Assembly: GCA_028864975.1 (NCBI GenBank)
Contig: JAGWLG010000004.1
Coordinates: forward strand, 64,001-128,000
Source: Thermoplasmata archaeon
GTDB lineage: Archaea; Thermoplasmatota; Thermoplasmata; Lutacidiplasmatales; UBA184
Reading direction: 5' to 3'
Length of the DNA: 64,000 nt
This document shows, one piece after another, positions 29,895-39,445 of the stretch (position 1 is the stretch's first letter; each line of letters begins with the position of its first letter). The position numbers and the translations under genes were made by a program. The notes under the pieces were generated by a model, which was not told the DNA's origin, did not search any database, and saw only the letters and a program-made list of their open reading frames with translations.

Positions 29895-31430
29895 GTGGCC
29901 GCGCCCGAGCCCGGGTCGCCGTCGGTGGGCGACCTCACCCTGACCCTCTCCCCGCCCGAGGTCCGCCTGCTGAAGGTGCTGAAGAGCTCGCCCTCGGGCA
30001 AGGCCGTCCCGGAGGAGGAGGTCGCGCAGAGGTCCGAGCTCTCTCCCGACGCCACGCGTGGCGGGCTGGAGCGGTTGCGGAGCAAGAGGCTGACCGTTCT
30101 CGAGGAAAGGAGCGAGGAGCGGTGGACCCTGACGTCGCTTGGGAACTCGGTGGTCAAGGACGGGCTGCCGGAACGTCGCGTGCTGACCGTGCTCGCGGCG
30201 AAGGGGCCGCTCGCCCCCTCGGAGATCCCGGACGCGGCCCTCCCCGTCGCGATCCGCCCCGAGGAGGTCACGATCGCCATCGGTCCGCTGCGGCGCCAAG
30301 GTCGTATCGTCATGGGCGAGAAGCTCTCGGTCGTTATCGAGTATCTGGGAAACGCTCTCGAACTCGAGGGAGCCCTTCAGACCCTTGCGGCGGGCGGCAC
30401 CGTCTCCGAGGACAAGGTCCTCAAGGAGCTCGCACGGCGAGGGGTCCTTTCGAGGTCCCCCGAACGCCACCGGGCATGGAAGCTCTCCCCCGAAGGGCTC
30501 GCGCTCCCGCTGGAGGAGACCTCGACGAGCCTCGGCGCCATCACCCCCTCGTTGCTCAAGAGCCGGGCCTGGGCGAAGGGCTCGTTCCGTCCGTACGACG
30601 TGCGGGCCCAGGTGCCTCACCTGGGCGGGTCGCGCCGCCACCTCTACCGGGAGTGGCTTCGACAGGTGGAGGAGGTCCTGGTGGGGCTCGGGTTCGAGGA
30701 GTTCCGGGGCCCTCTCGTGGAGCTCGAGTTCTACAACAACGACCTGCTCTTCATGCCTCAGGAGCACCCCGCTCGCTCGATGCACGACATGTTCTTCGTC
30801 GAGGGGGTGGAGGGGCATGGACTCCCGCCTCGCCTCCTGCGTTCGGTCGCGGCGGTGCACGAGGGTCGGGCCCTCCCTCGCCAGGGCGCGCCCCTCTCCT
30901 CGGGCTGGCAGACCCCTTATGGGGAGGAGGTGGCGCGACGAGTGGTCCTGAGGAGCCAGACCACCGCGGCGACGATGCGCTACCTCGCTTCCCATCCGAA
31001 GCCCCCCTTCCGCATGTACTCGCTCGACGCGGTCTTCCGCTACGACCAATTGGACGCGACGCACCTGATCCAGTTCGACCAGTGCGAGGGGGCCGTGGGG
31101 AAGAGCGGGCTCACCTTCCGCCACTTGCTCGGGTTGCTGACGCAGTTCGCGAAAGCGCTCGGGATCCCGGAGGTCAAGTTCCAGCCGACCTACTTCCCGT
31201 TCACGGAGCCCTCGGTCCAGGGGTTCGTTCGACATCCCACGCTGGGCTGGGTGGAGATGATGCCGGGAGGCATGTTCCGCCCGGAGGTGCTGAGGCCGCT
31301 CGGCATCAAGGTCCCCGTTGCCGCCTGGGGGATCGGGATCGGCCGGCTCGCCATGGTGGCGCTAGGGCTCAGCGACATCCGCGACCTTTTCATGGACGAC
31401 CTTCCCCGCCTGTCCAAGGCGAGGGTGTGA
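29895..31430 (+). CDS. pheS: Phenylalanine--tRNA ligase alpha subunit
   Basis: HPAR, DATH, YFPFTEPS, GMFRPE; archaeal N-terminal helical domains; GTG 29895. Confidence 0.95.
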   Translation: MAAPEPGSPSVGDLTLTLSPPEVRLLKVLKSSPSGKAVPEEEVAQRSELSPDATRGGLERLRSKRLTVLEERSEERWTLTSLGNSVVKDGLPERRVLTVLAAKGPLAPSEIPDAALPVAIRPEEVTIAIGPLRRQGRIVMGEKLSVVIEYLGNALELEGALQTLAAGGTVSEDKVLKELARRGVLSRSPERHRAWKLSPEGLALPLEETSTSLGAITPSLLKSRAWAKGSFRPYDVRAQVPHLGGSRRHLYREWLRQVEEVLVGLGFEEFRGPLVELEFYNNDLLFMPQEHPARSMHDMFFVEGVEGHGLPPRLLRSVAAVHEGRALPRQGAPLSSGWQTPYGEEVARRVVLRSQTTAATMRYLASHPKPPFRMYSLDAVFRYDQLDATHLIQFDQCEGAVGKSGLTFRHLLGLLTQFAKALGIPEVKFQPTYFPFTEPSVQGFVRHPTLGWVEMMPGGMFRPEVLRPLGIKVPVAAWGIGIGRLAMVALGLSDIRDLFMDDLPRLSKARV

Positions 31431-31448
31431 CGCGGGCGGGTCAGGTCC

Positions 31449-33146
31449 ATGCCACGTTCCACTCTCTCGACCGAGCGGTTGTTCGGTCTCCTGGGTCAGC
31501 AGCTCTCGGAGTCCGAGCTTCGCGAGACCCTTTTCCGCACGAAGGTCGAGATCGAGTCGCTTAAGGACGGGCTGGTCGAGGTCGAGGTCAACGCCGACCG
31601 CCTGGACCTTCTCGACGAGGGAGGGCTCGCGCTCGAGCTCCAGGGCGCGATGGGAAAGGCGACGGGGCCGGTCCTCCGCGTGGATGGGGAAGCGCTCCCC
31701 GGGGTCGAGGCGCGGGTGAACGCCTCGGTGGCCCCGCTGCGACCCGAGCTCTCGATGGCGGTGGTCGAAGCTCCCCCAGGGAAGGCCCTGGACGAAGGGC
31801 TCCTCGAGGAGCTCGTTCGCTACCAGGAACTCCTCCATGCGACGCTCGGTCGGCTCCGTCAGGCGGCGAGCATCGGGCTCTACCCGATCGAGAAGCTTCG
31901 CCCTCCGTTCCACTATGCGATGGAGCCCCTGGGCCAGGTCCGCTTCGTGCCTCTCGGGGGAACCACGGAGGTCTCCGGAGAGGCGTTCTATCCGGAGCAC
32001 GCGATGGCCCGGGAGTTCGGGGTCCTTGGGCGGCGGGAGGACCTGGCCCTCACCTTGAGGGACGACGCGCGCACGGTCCTCTCGCTTCCTCCGGTCCTGA
32101 ATGCGGCGGGGGCGGGCGAGGTCCGACCCGGCGACCGGCGCGTCCTCATCGAAGCGACCGGGACACGTGCCGCGCGCACGCGGGAGATGGTGGGATACAT
32201 GCTGCTGCCCTTCGCCGCCCGCGGCTGGTCCGTCCATCCGGTCCCTGTGCACCGTCCCAGCGGAATGTCTGACGGGACCGAGGTCGTCCGACCTCGCAAG
32301 GTGCAGGTCCAACCGACGCTCATCTCTCGTCTCCTAGGCTCGCGTCTCTCCTCCGGAGAGGTAGAGGACGCGCTGCAGAAGTCGCGTCTCGGGGTCGAAC
32401 GCGTCTCCGGGAGCCTGCTCGCGCTGGTCCCTCCATGGCGCGCGGACATCCTGGCGCCGGTGGACCTCGCGGAGGAAGTGGCGATCGCTCGAGGGTACGG
32501 AAGCTTCGCTCCAATCCTCCCTCCCGCGGTGACCATGGGGCGTCGGCGTCCCGAGCGACGGTACGAATCGCGGTTGGCGGAGGTCCTCCTAGGGATGGGA
32601 TATCAGGAGCTCCACACACCCGTGCTCCTCTCCCAGTCCTCCGTCGAGCGGGTCTGCGCTCCAGGAGAGGCGCTCTTCCTGCGCAACCCCATCTCCTCGG
32701 AGCTCACCCATCTGCGTCCGGTCCTCCGTGCAAGCCTGCTGGATGCCCTCGGACGGAACACGGGGTCGGGATACCCGCAGAAGATCTTCGAGATCGGTCC
32801 GGTCATCGTCCGGGACCCGGAGGGCGAGACGGGGACCCGCACCGAGACCCATCTCGCGCTGGCCGACGCGGGGGAGGGCGCAGGGTTCGCCCTCGCCGCC
32901 GGGGTGGCCGAGCGGCTCTTCGAGGTCCTGGGTTTCAACTCGCCCCGCGAGCCGGCCGAGGCAAGCGGTACGGTCCCGGGTCGCGTCGCGAAGCTGCGGA
33001 TAGCCGGGGAGAGGGTCGCCCTGGCGGGGGAAGTGCACCCCGGGGTCCTGGCCGACCTCCACGTGCCGATGCCCGTGAGCTGGGTCGAGGTGGAATTGAC
33101 GCGCCTGGAGCAGCTCCGCGGTGTTCTCCCGACTCCCGGCGCGTAG
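31449..33146 (+). CDS. pheT: Phenylalanine--tRNA ligase beta subunit
   Basis: NADRLDLL, PPWRADIL...DLAEEVAIARGY, LRNPIS, KIFEIG, GEVHP. Confidence 0.93.
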   Translation: MPRSTLSTERLFGLLGQQLSESELRETLFRTKVEIESLKDGLVEVEVNADRLDLLDEGGLALELQGAMGKATGPVLRVDGEALPGVEARVNASVAPLRPELSMAVVEAPPGKALDEGLLEELVRYQELLHATLGRLRQAASIGLYPIEKLRPPFHYAMEPLGQVRFVPLGGTTEVSGEAFYPEHAMAREFGVLGRREDLALTLRDDARTVLSLPPVLNAAGAGEVRPGDRRVLIEATGTRAARTREMVGYMLLPFAARGWSVHPVPVHRPSGMSDGTEVVRPRKVQVQPTLISRLLGSRLSSGEVEDALQKSRLGVERVSGSLLALVPPWRADILAPVDLAEEVAIARGYGSFAPILPPAVTMGRRRPERRYESRLAEVLLGMGYQELHTPVLLSQSSVERVCAPGEALFLRNPISSELTHLRPVLRASLLDALGRNTGSGYPQKIFEIGPVIVRDPEGETGTRTETHLALADAGEGAGFALAAGVAERLFEVLGFNSPREPAEASGTVPGRVAKLRIAGERVALAGEVHPGVLADLHVPMPVSWVEVELTRLEQLRGVLPTPGA

Positions 33147-33454
33147 GGTGCGGGCCGTGCGGCGGGCATCTTCAGGGGGTTGGTGCACGCGAGTCCCTCC
33201 TGGACCTCCCTCGCGCCCTTTCCTCGGTCCGCGAAGATTCCCTTCACGGATCCTTCTAGCTCTCCCGTCCACCTGGATCTGGCCCGGTTCGGATGGAACG
33301 GGCGTAGGCGACCTGGAGTCGTCTCCCCCCTCGGACCTGCTCCGTGCGGAGGCGACGGGTCGCCATGCGTGACGCGGGCATGGAAGCCCTATGGACACCA
33401 TGCGCTACCTAGGGAATTGGAAATGCTCATTTTTTTGGAGAAACCACCGAGGCC

Positions 33455-33691
33455 GTGGCGGCACCGTCGAAGGTCTCGAAGGGGAATCTGACCGTCGTTC
33501 CGAAGGACGTTCGTGCGGCCACGGGCATCCACGAGGGTGACATCCTAACTTGGAAGCTGGAGGATGGGAAACTCTTGGTAGAACGACGGCGACCACGGAC
33601 GCTGAACGACATCATCGGTATCGCCCCGCACGGGGGCGATGCTGTCGAGCCCAAGCGAGCAGTTCAGAGGACAGGCCACGCCCTTCGGTGA
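33455..33691 (+). CDS. AbrB/MazE/SpoVT-type antitoxin
   Basis: SKVSKGNLTVVPKDVRAATGIHEGDILTW swapped-hairpin pattern, immediately before a PIN gene. Confidence 0.8.
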   Translation: MAAPSKVSKGNLTVVPKDVRAATGIHEGDILTWKLEDGKLLVERRRPRTLNDIIGIAPHGGDAVEPKRAVQRTGHALR

Positions 33692-34064
33692 CACATCCTA
33701 TTTCATTGCCCCGACGGACCCAAGGGATCAGTGGCGCTCCAGGGCGGTCAAGGTCGCTGAGAGGGACCGGGGGAGGCTCAAGGTAACAGAGTTGGTCATG
33801 TCGGAGTCGATCACTACGGTCGGAGCGCACTGTGGGGCGAAGCCTGCCCGTCAGCTGTACGAGTTCTTCTTGGATTCCACGGAGATTCTGTACACCACCC
33901 CCGACGTCTTCGACGAAGCCATGGACGATCACACGAGATTCGACGGGGCCCTCTCGGTTTCGGATGGTGTAACCGTCGTTGGAATGGCACGGTCGAAAGA
34001 CCTCTACGTCGTCTCGTTTGGTTCTGACTTCGATAAGGTTCGGGGGATCCATCGGACCTCCTGA
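33678..34064 (+). pseudogene. vapC: Probably degenerate VapC/PIN toxin
   Basis: DTSYFIA...SES...SD PIN pattern, but the expected overlapping start reads ACG and the terminal SFDxDF motif reads SFGSDF. Confidence 0.6.
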
Positions 34065-34159
34065 ACCTCGCGCCCTCTCCTCGCTCGGTGAGGACGCTCC
34101 TCACGGATCCAGAATCCATCGCTCCGACCAGCGAGACTTCCGAATCGAGGCGTGAGGGA

Positions 34160-34477
34160 TCATGCTTGGGAGGAAAGGTAGCGCCCATCCGGAGGATGTA
34201 GACTGTGGAGGTCGACGTAAACGGTCTCGTGCGGTCCGAAGATGATGAACACCACTTCCATCCCATCCATGGCATACATCGCTCGCCACTCCTTGCCCCT
34301 GCACAGCGCCCAGACGTTCTGGTATCCCCAGAGTTGATGGATGTTCACCGTGGGAGTCCGGGTCCGAGGATCCTGAGCAAGGACGTCGAAACGGTCGTTG
34401 AAGTAGTTCCGCACGACTCGAGGCAAGCGGTCGAAGCTCTGCCCCGCGATGGGCCGGGCGAACCGCACCCGAGACAT
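34160..34477 (-). CDS. RelE/ParE-superfamily toxin
   Basis: ~105 aa; RVRF-helix-DP, IHQLWG, EWRAMY, VVFIIFGPHETVY; start overlaps upstream stop (TGATG). Confidence 0.65.
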   Translation of the reverse strand: MSRVRFARPIAGQSFDRLPRVVRNYFNDRFDVLAQDPRTRTPTVNIHQLWGYQNVWALCRGKEWRAMYAMDGMEVVFIIFGPHETVYVDLHSLHPPDGRYLSSQA

Positions 34478-34713
34478 CAGCGAGACCGCTTCGGTGCGGT
34501 CAGTCCTCGTGACTGGCGGAACTCCTCCAGAGACTCCTGGGGGAGAGCGAGGGCCCATTGGAGATCCCGACGGAAGTAGTCCGGCGGGATCTCGTCCATG
34601 AACTCCTCGATCACCTCAGCGGGGGTCTTTCCGGCGATCTGGTAATCGAGGAGGCGTCGCCGAACGGAAACCGGGAGGCTGATGGTCGTTGGGCGCTCGC
34701 TGGAGGTGGGCAT
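34477..34713 (-). CDS. Putative ribbon-helix-helix antitoxin
   Basis: 78 aa, TTISLPVSVRRRL N-terminal ribbon-helix, acidic C-terminus, coupled to RelE-like gene. Confidence 0.6.
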   Translation of the reverse strand: MPTSSERPTTISLPVSVRRRLLDYQIAGKTPAEVIEEFMDEIPPDYFRRDLQWALALPQESLEEFRQSRGLTAPKRSR

Positions 34714-34719
34714 GGGGAA

Positions 34720-34754
34720 CTCATGAAGTGCATGAGATATATGGCTTACATGAG
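34720..34754 (-). promoter_or_regulatory. TATA box with CATGAG operator repeats of the RHH/RelE operon
   Basis: CTCATG-N5-CATGAG (34720..34736), ATATAT (34737..34742), third CATGAG (34749..34754). Confidence 0.6.
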
Positions 34755-35034
34755 GCGCTTCAAAGAGCTTGTGGCGCCCTCTCCCCCGTCCGTGAGGAGG
34801 CTCCTCACGAATCCCCGTTTCGGCCATTGCCCCCGACCTACGGCCCGGAGGTGGAGGCCCGTGCCACGCATCGGATCTCTTTCCTGCGGCGCCCCCGGCC
34901 ATGGGCCCTTCGTCCTCCCGGGACCGTCTCACACGTTGCGAACCACGGGGGGTCTCTCGCCGCGAGGCACCCTTCCGTGCAGCGGAGGGAAGTAATGCTT
35001 ATTAGTAAGACTTCCATCCTAACGCCGGGTTACC

Positions 35035-35283
35035 ATGAGTGCGGTTGGGGTCGGGTCCGTCACCACCAAGGGGCAGGTGACGATCCCCAAGGAGATTCGG
35101 GATGCGCTGGACCTTCACCCGGGGGACAAGGTCGTTTTCGACCTCGAGGGACGCGCTGCCCGGGTCCAGAAGGTCGGCGAGGAGAAGCTGAGCGACATCC
35201 TTGCCCGGATGGGACCCCTGGGTGAAGACGCGGTATCCTTCCAGAGGAGGCTGAGACATGAGTGGAATCAGCGCTCTCCTTGA
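35035..35283 (+). CDS. AbrB/MazE/SpoVT-type antitoxin
   Basis: GSVTTKGQVTIPKEIRDALDLHPGDKVVF. Confidence 0.92.
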   Translation: MSAVGVGSVTTKGQVTIPKEIRDALDLHPGDKVVFDLEGRAARVQKVGEEKLSDILARMGPLGEDAVSFQRRLRHEWNQRSP

Positions 35284-35707
35284 CACGAACGTGTTCATCG
35301 CCGCCCGGAGTCCTGATGAGCGGCACTACCTGACGAGCAAGGCCGTGCTCGACGGTGCGGACGAGGGCCGGTTCACCGCGGTCATCTCGACGGTGACCCT
35401 GATCGAGGTTGGCGTGGGGTACCTGAGGGCGGGCACCGCCGAGTTGCGGAAGCAGTTCATGCATCATGTCCAGACCTCACCCAACTTCCGGGTCGTACCG
35501 GTCGATGTCGCGGTGGCGGATGCAGCGGCCATCGTTCGCCACGAGTCGTCCCTCAAGCTGCCCGATGCTGTCCTGGTGGCTACCGCGAGACAGGAACAGG
35601 CGAGCTGGCTCGTGACCCACGACGACCGGATCTCCAAGCTCGTGAAGAATCCAGGCGTGATCTCGACCGACCGGTTCCTGAGAGAGATCTCATCCCACCC
35701 CCGGTGA
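35258..35707 (+). CDS. vapC: VapC/PIN-domain toxin
   Basis: LLDTNVFIA, STVTLIEV, LPDAVLVATA, LVTHDDR; overlaps antitoxin. Confidence 0.9.
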   Translation: MSGISALLDTNVFIAARSPDERHYLTSKAVLDGADEGRFTAVISTVTLIEVGVGYLRAGTAELRKQFMHHVQTSPNFRVVPVDVAVADAAAIVRHESSLKLPDAVLVATARQEQASWLVTHDDRISKLVKNPGVISTDRFLREISSHPR

Positions 35708-35899
35708 ACGAGCGGCTGAAGCAGTTCCAAGGAGAGCCATGGGGACCCCAGCGCCCGCTCCTCTCTACGCGACGAGCAGTCGCGTAGTCCGATTCGGCTG
35801 CACTCCGCTACGACCATGGCGGGGCCAAGGTCGAGGTCAGCCCTCCGAGACAGCCCCCCTTCAGGGGACGCCCCGAGTGGGCAGGACGTCCAGTCGAGG

Positions 35900-36541
35900 G
35901 CGGGCGGGTGCCCGGGTGCACCGGTGGCAAGTGTTGGGCCTGGGGCTCGCTGGCGGTGAGGCACGTCTACGGTGGGGACGCGAACTACGAACTCGCCCCG
36001 TCCTACCACAGGTGCCGGCGGCGCGACCATGCCTCCCCTCGTCCCAGCCGGACCGGAGCGCCATCCCGAAGGCCGCGCGAGAAACGATGCGCGAGCACGA
36101 CACGCTTCTCGCGGAGCGGGACCGGGCTCGGGACGGGAGGTTCCTGATCTTCAGCACCGACCTCTCCCTGAACGGCTCGGAGATGTACGAGACCTACTTC
36201 GCGAGTGACGGGATCGAGAAGGTCTTCCGAACGGGCAAGGGCGAGCTTCACCTGGAGCCCATCCGAAAGCAACGGTTGGACCGGATGTACGCGAGCGCCA
36301 CGATCCTCTTCACGGCGTGGCTGCTCTGGAGCTGGACGGAGCGGACCCTGAAGCGGAAACTCCCGAAGATGAGCCTCGCCGAGGCGCTGAGGCTCCTCGA
36401 AAAAGAGCCACGGGTGAGGACAGGCGCGGGAAAATCGGTCCGGGAAGGGGTTCCCCGCCTCTCGGGCAAGCAGGACGAGGTCCTCACCGCCGTCGGGGCG
36501 ACACGCTACCTGCCTGTGGTGTAAGGCTCACGGAACCCAGG
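35900..36541 (+). mobile_element. IS1634/IS4-like transposase C-terminal remnant
   Basis: DGRFLIFSTD, YFASDGIEKVFRTGKGELHLEPIR (degenerate Y-x2-R-x3-E-x6-K), RMYASATILFTAW; readable frame only ~36087..36524, no N-terminal DDE region; left boundary approximate. Confidence 0.7.
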
Positions 36542-36711
36542 ACTGGAGAAGATACTCGGCCGGCCTCAGATTGGGATTCCGAGAGAGTTCCCGTACAACC
36601 CCTCCTCGAGGGAACGTCGAGGCTCCGTCCTCTTGTTCGGGGGTTCACCTGCCACCAACCTGACCCGCTAGCAACCCGCTCCCCGGGCGCGGTCCAGAGC
36701 TCGTCAGGTCT

Positions 36712-39342
36712 TTGAGCTCCGGGGACGATGAGGGTTCCTTGACAGTGGACGTCCAAGCCACGGTGCGACTACGCAACGAGCCACCCTTCGTGGGTCGCCG
36801 GGCCGAGCAGTCCGAGCTCTCCTCGTCCCTGGCTCGCTTGCGGGAGGGACGGGGAGGTGCCTGGAGAATCACCGGTCCCGAGGGGATCGGAAAGAGTCGG
36901 CTCGCACGGTGGCTCGCGGACCAGGCCCTCCAGGACCACCTTGACGTCCGATGGGCCCACGGGCTCAGCGAAGGGGGCGTCCCGTTCTTCCTCTTCGAAC
37001 AGCTCCTCCGCGACCCGGCGGATGACCACCACGACCTCGCATCCATCCCCATGCCTCCGTCGCTCGCGAAGTACTCCCTGGCCCCCGCAGCTCGAATGAT
37101 GGCCTACCTGGACCGGCTGGACATCCTGGCGAGAAAGGGCGCGGCCCTCCTCATCCTGGACGATCTTCAGTGGGCGGACGACGCATCCGTACGCGCGCTC
37201 CAGTTCCTGGTGAGGAACTCTCGCGACCGCCCAGTCCTTTGGGTCGCTTGCGAACGGTCGGACCCCGACACGACGGCCCCCACCCGCCTCGGTGAGGTCT
37301 TCCAGCGCTTGGAGACCGAGGGAGCCCTCTCCCAGCTCCGACTGAGGGGCATGAGCCCTGAGGAGCTCAGCGAAGTGCTCCGGGGGGTAACCCAACCCCC
37401 GCTCGATCTCGAAGCGGGGGATGGCGGGTTCCGACGGTTCCTTCTCAAGACTGCCGGGAACCCGCATTTCGCTCTCGCCGCCCTCCGGCTGATGTACGAC
37501 CAGGGGCGCCTTCGCCCCGAAGAGGGTCGTATCGTCGTGGAGGCCCCGCCCCGCCCCGAAGCCCAGGACGGGGCCTCCTGGCCGGAGACGCTCCGTCAGG
37601 CCACCGAGGGACGTCTTGCCCTTCTCGGGCCCGAGGAGCTCCGCTTCCTCTCCATCGCCGCCCTCCTGGGAAAGGATTTCGAGCTGACCCCGTTGCAGGA
37701 GGTATCAGAACCCTCGCGTGAGGCGCTCCGCCACCGGGCACGGGGCCTCGAAACGCTGCACGGTCTCATCCGCCCCGTGTTCGGAGGGCGGGACCGGTGG
37801 ACCTTCACAGAGGGCATGGCGGCGGACCTCGCCCTTGGGAAGCTCCCGACGGAGCTCCGGCGTTCGGCGGCGAGGAAGCTAGGGGACTGGTGGGCCGAGC
37901 ACCGTCCCGAGGATGTCGAGCAGGTCGCCCGCCTCTACCACGACGCGGGGGACGGGAGCCTGGCGGCCCCCTGGATCACCAAGGCGATCGACCGGGCGGC
38001 CTTGGAGGAATCCGCGGAGCCGGTGGAACGCTACGTCCAGTGGGCTCGGGACCTGGGGTCCTCGGACCCCGCCGCCACGGCCTCACGCGGCCTGGAGGAA
38101 GTGCGTGTCGCACGCTCGCTCCGGCGATTCGGGGCGAACGCTCCGGCCCTCCGGATCCTGAGGTCCATCCCCGGAGAGGGACTCCCCCTGGGGGTGGCGC
38201 GGGAACGCGACCTCGCGGTGATCGACGTGCTTACGGACCTCGACCCCCGGGAGGCCCACGACCGGCTGCGCCAGCTGGAACAGCTGGTCGATGCCACCCC
38301 AACGACGGAGGTCCCCCCGCTGTTCCATGCGCGCCTATGCGGGACCCGAGCCTACCTCGCCCGGGTGACGGGGGCCTTCCCGGAAGGGCTCGCCGCGGCC
38401 GAGAAGGCCCTCACGTACCTCGACGCGAGCATGGACCCTCGCGAGCGTGCCCGCGCCCTCTACGAGGCTGGCTGGTGTGCCCTCGAGCTCGAGAAATGGG
38501 ACCTCGCGACGCACTACTTCGAGAGGAACCTCGAGGTCGGGCGGAGCGCAAACCTGCTCCGCAGCCAGGCCAGCGCACTCGGGGGGCTGGGCGGGGTCGC
38601 CTTTCTGATGGGAAAGGTCCGCGAGGCCCGCGAGCACTTCGAGTCCGCCGTGCGCCTCCAACGAGAGGGAGGAGAGCTCTCCCGCATCGTCCCCCTCCTG
38701 CTCAACCTCTCCGAGGTGGCGGTCGCGGAAGGGGACCTGCGCCGGGCCTGGGGACACCACGAGGAGGCCAGCCGCCTCGCCGACCGGTTCGACCTACCGC
38801 GATGGCGCGCCTCTGCCGCCGGCCAGCGAGGGCTCCTCCTCCTGCGTGAGCGTCGGTGGGAAGAGGCCCAGCGGGCCTTGGAGCTCGGGAGGGAGCTGAC
38901 CCGGCCGCTGGGGGCTCGGATGTACCTGGAGGAGGTGGAGATCGGGTTGGCCTGGGCGCGTGGAGAGCGGGGCGACCCGCAGGGGGCGATGGCCACCCTC
39001 GACCCGCTGGAGCGCGGCCCGCCCCCGCTCGCGGCACAGCACGCCGACTTCTTCTACGAGGTGCGCGGACGCCTGAAGGCCATGCTCAGTGACCCCAGCG
39101 GCGCACGCGCCGACCTGGACCAAGCCCTCGGTCGCGCCGGTCCGAGTCTCGTGCGTCGGGCCCACATCCTCGGCGACCTCTCGGCCTGGGAGGTCGACCA
39201 CGGTGACGCGGAGCACGCCCTCGAACTGAGGGCCCAGGCGGACGACCTCTACCACCGCTCCGGGGTCGACCCGGAGAAGGCCAGGGTGGTCAACGAGGTG
39301 TTCGTGGGATCGGCCACGGCGCCAACGCCCTCGAAGAGATGA
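36712..39342 (+). CDS. STAND-like AAA ATPase with C-terminal TPR repeats
   Basis: FVGRRAEQSEL, Walker A GPEGIGKS, Walker B LILDDLQWAD, GNPHF, TPR-like helices in the C-terminal half; exact start uncertain. Confidence 0.85.
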   Translation: MSSGDDEGSLTVDVQATVRLRNEPPFVGRRAEQSELSSSLARLREGRGGAWRITGPEGIGKSRLARWLADQALQDHLDVRWAHGLSEGGVPFFLFEQLLRDPADDHHDLASIPMPPSLAKYSLAPAARMMAYLDRLDILARKGAALLILDDLQWADDASVRALQFLVRNSRDRPVLWVACERSDPDTTAPTRLGEVFQRLETEGALSQLRLRGMSPEELSEVLRGVTQPPLDLEAGDGGFRRFLLKTAGNPHFALAALRLMYDQGRLRPEEGRIVVEAPPRPEAQDGASWPETLRQATEGRLALLGPEELRFLSIAALLGKDFELTPLQEVSEPSREALRHRARGLETLHGLIRPVFGGRDRWTFTEGMAADLALGKLPTELRRSAARKLGDWWAEHRPEDVEQVARLYHDAGDGSLAAPWITKAIDRAALEESAEPVERYVQWARDLGSSDPAATASRGLEEVRVARSLRRFGANAPALRILRSIPGEGLPLGVARERDLAVIDVLTDLDPREAHDRLRQLEQLVDATPTTEVPPLFHARLCGTRAYLARVTGAFPEGLAAAEKALTYLDASMDPRERARALYEAGWCALELEKWDLATHYFERNLEVGRSANLLRSQASALGGLGGVAFLMGKVREAREHFESAVRLQREGGELSRIVPLLLNLSEVAVAEGDLRRAWGHHEEASRLADRFDLPRWRASAAGQRGLLLLRERRWEEAQRALELGRELTRPLGARMYLEEVEIGLAWARGERGDPQGAMATLDPLERGPPPLAAQHADFFYEVRGRLKAMLSDPSGARADLDQALGRAGPSLVRRAHILGDLSAWEVDHGDAEHALELRAQADDLYHRSGVDPEKARVVNEVFVGSATAPTPSKR

Positions 39343-39445
39343 TAGGCCGGACACCGCTCAAGGGCACTCACGGTGCACCCGATCACCGGGCAGAGCGGGA
39401 GGACCCCCCGAATGGTTCATGAGGTCGTCTTCGCCTTAGCGCACC

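Noticed and set aside
33147-33440. Possible antitoxin remnant on the minus strand (MATRRLRTEQV...ELEGSVKGIFADRG) and the CRISPR-like 'GAATTGGAAAT' word
   Set aside because: The remnant needs a frameshift and has no convincing motif; the word occurs once only.
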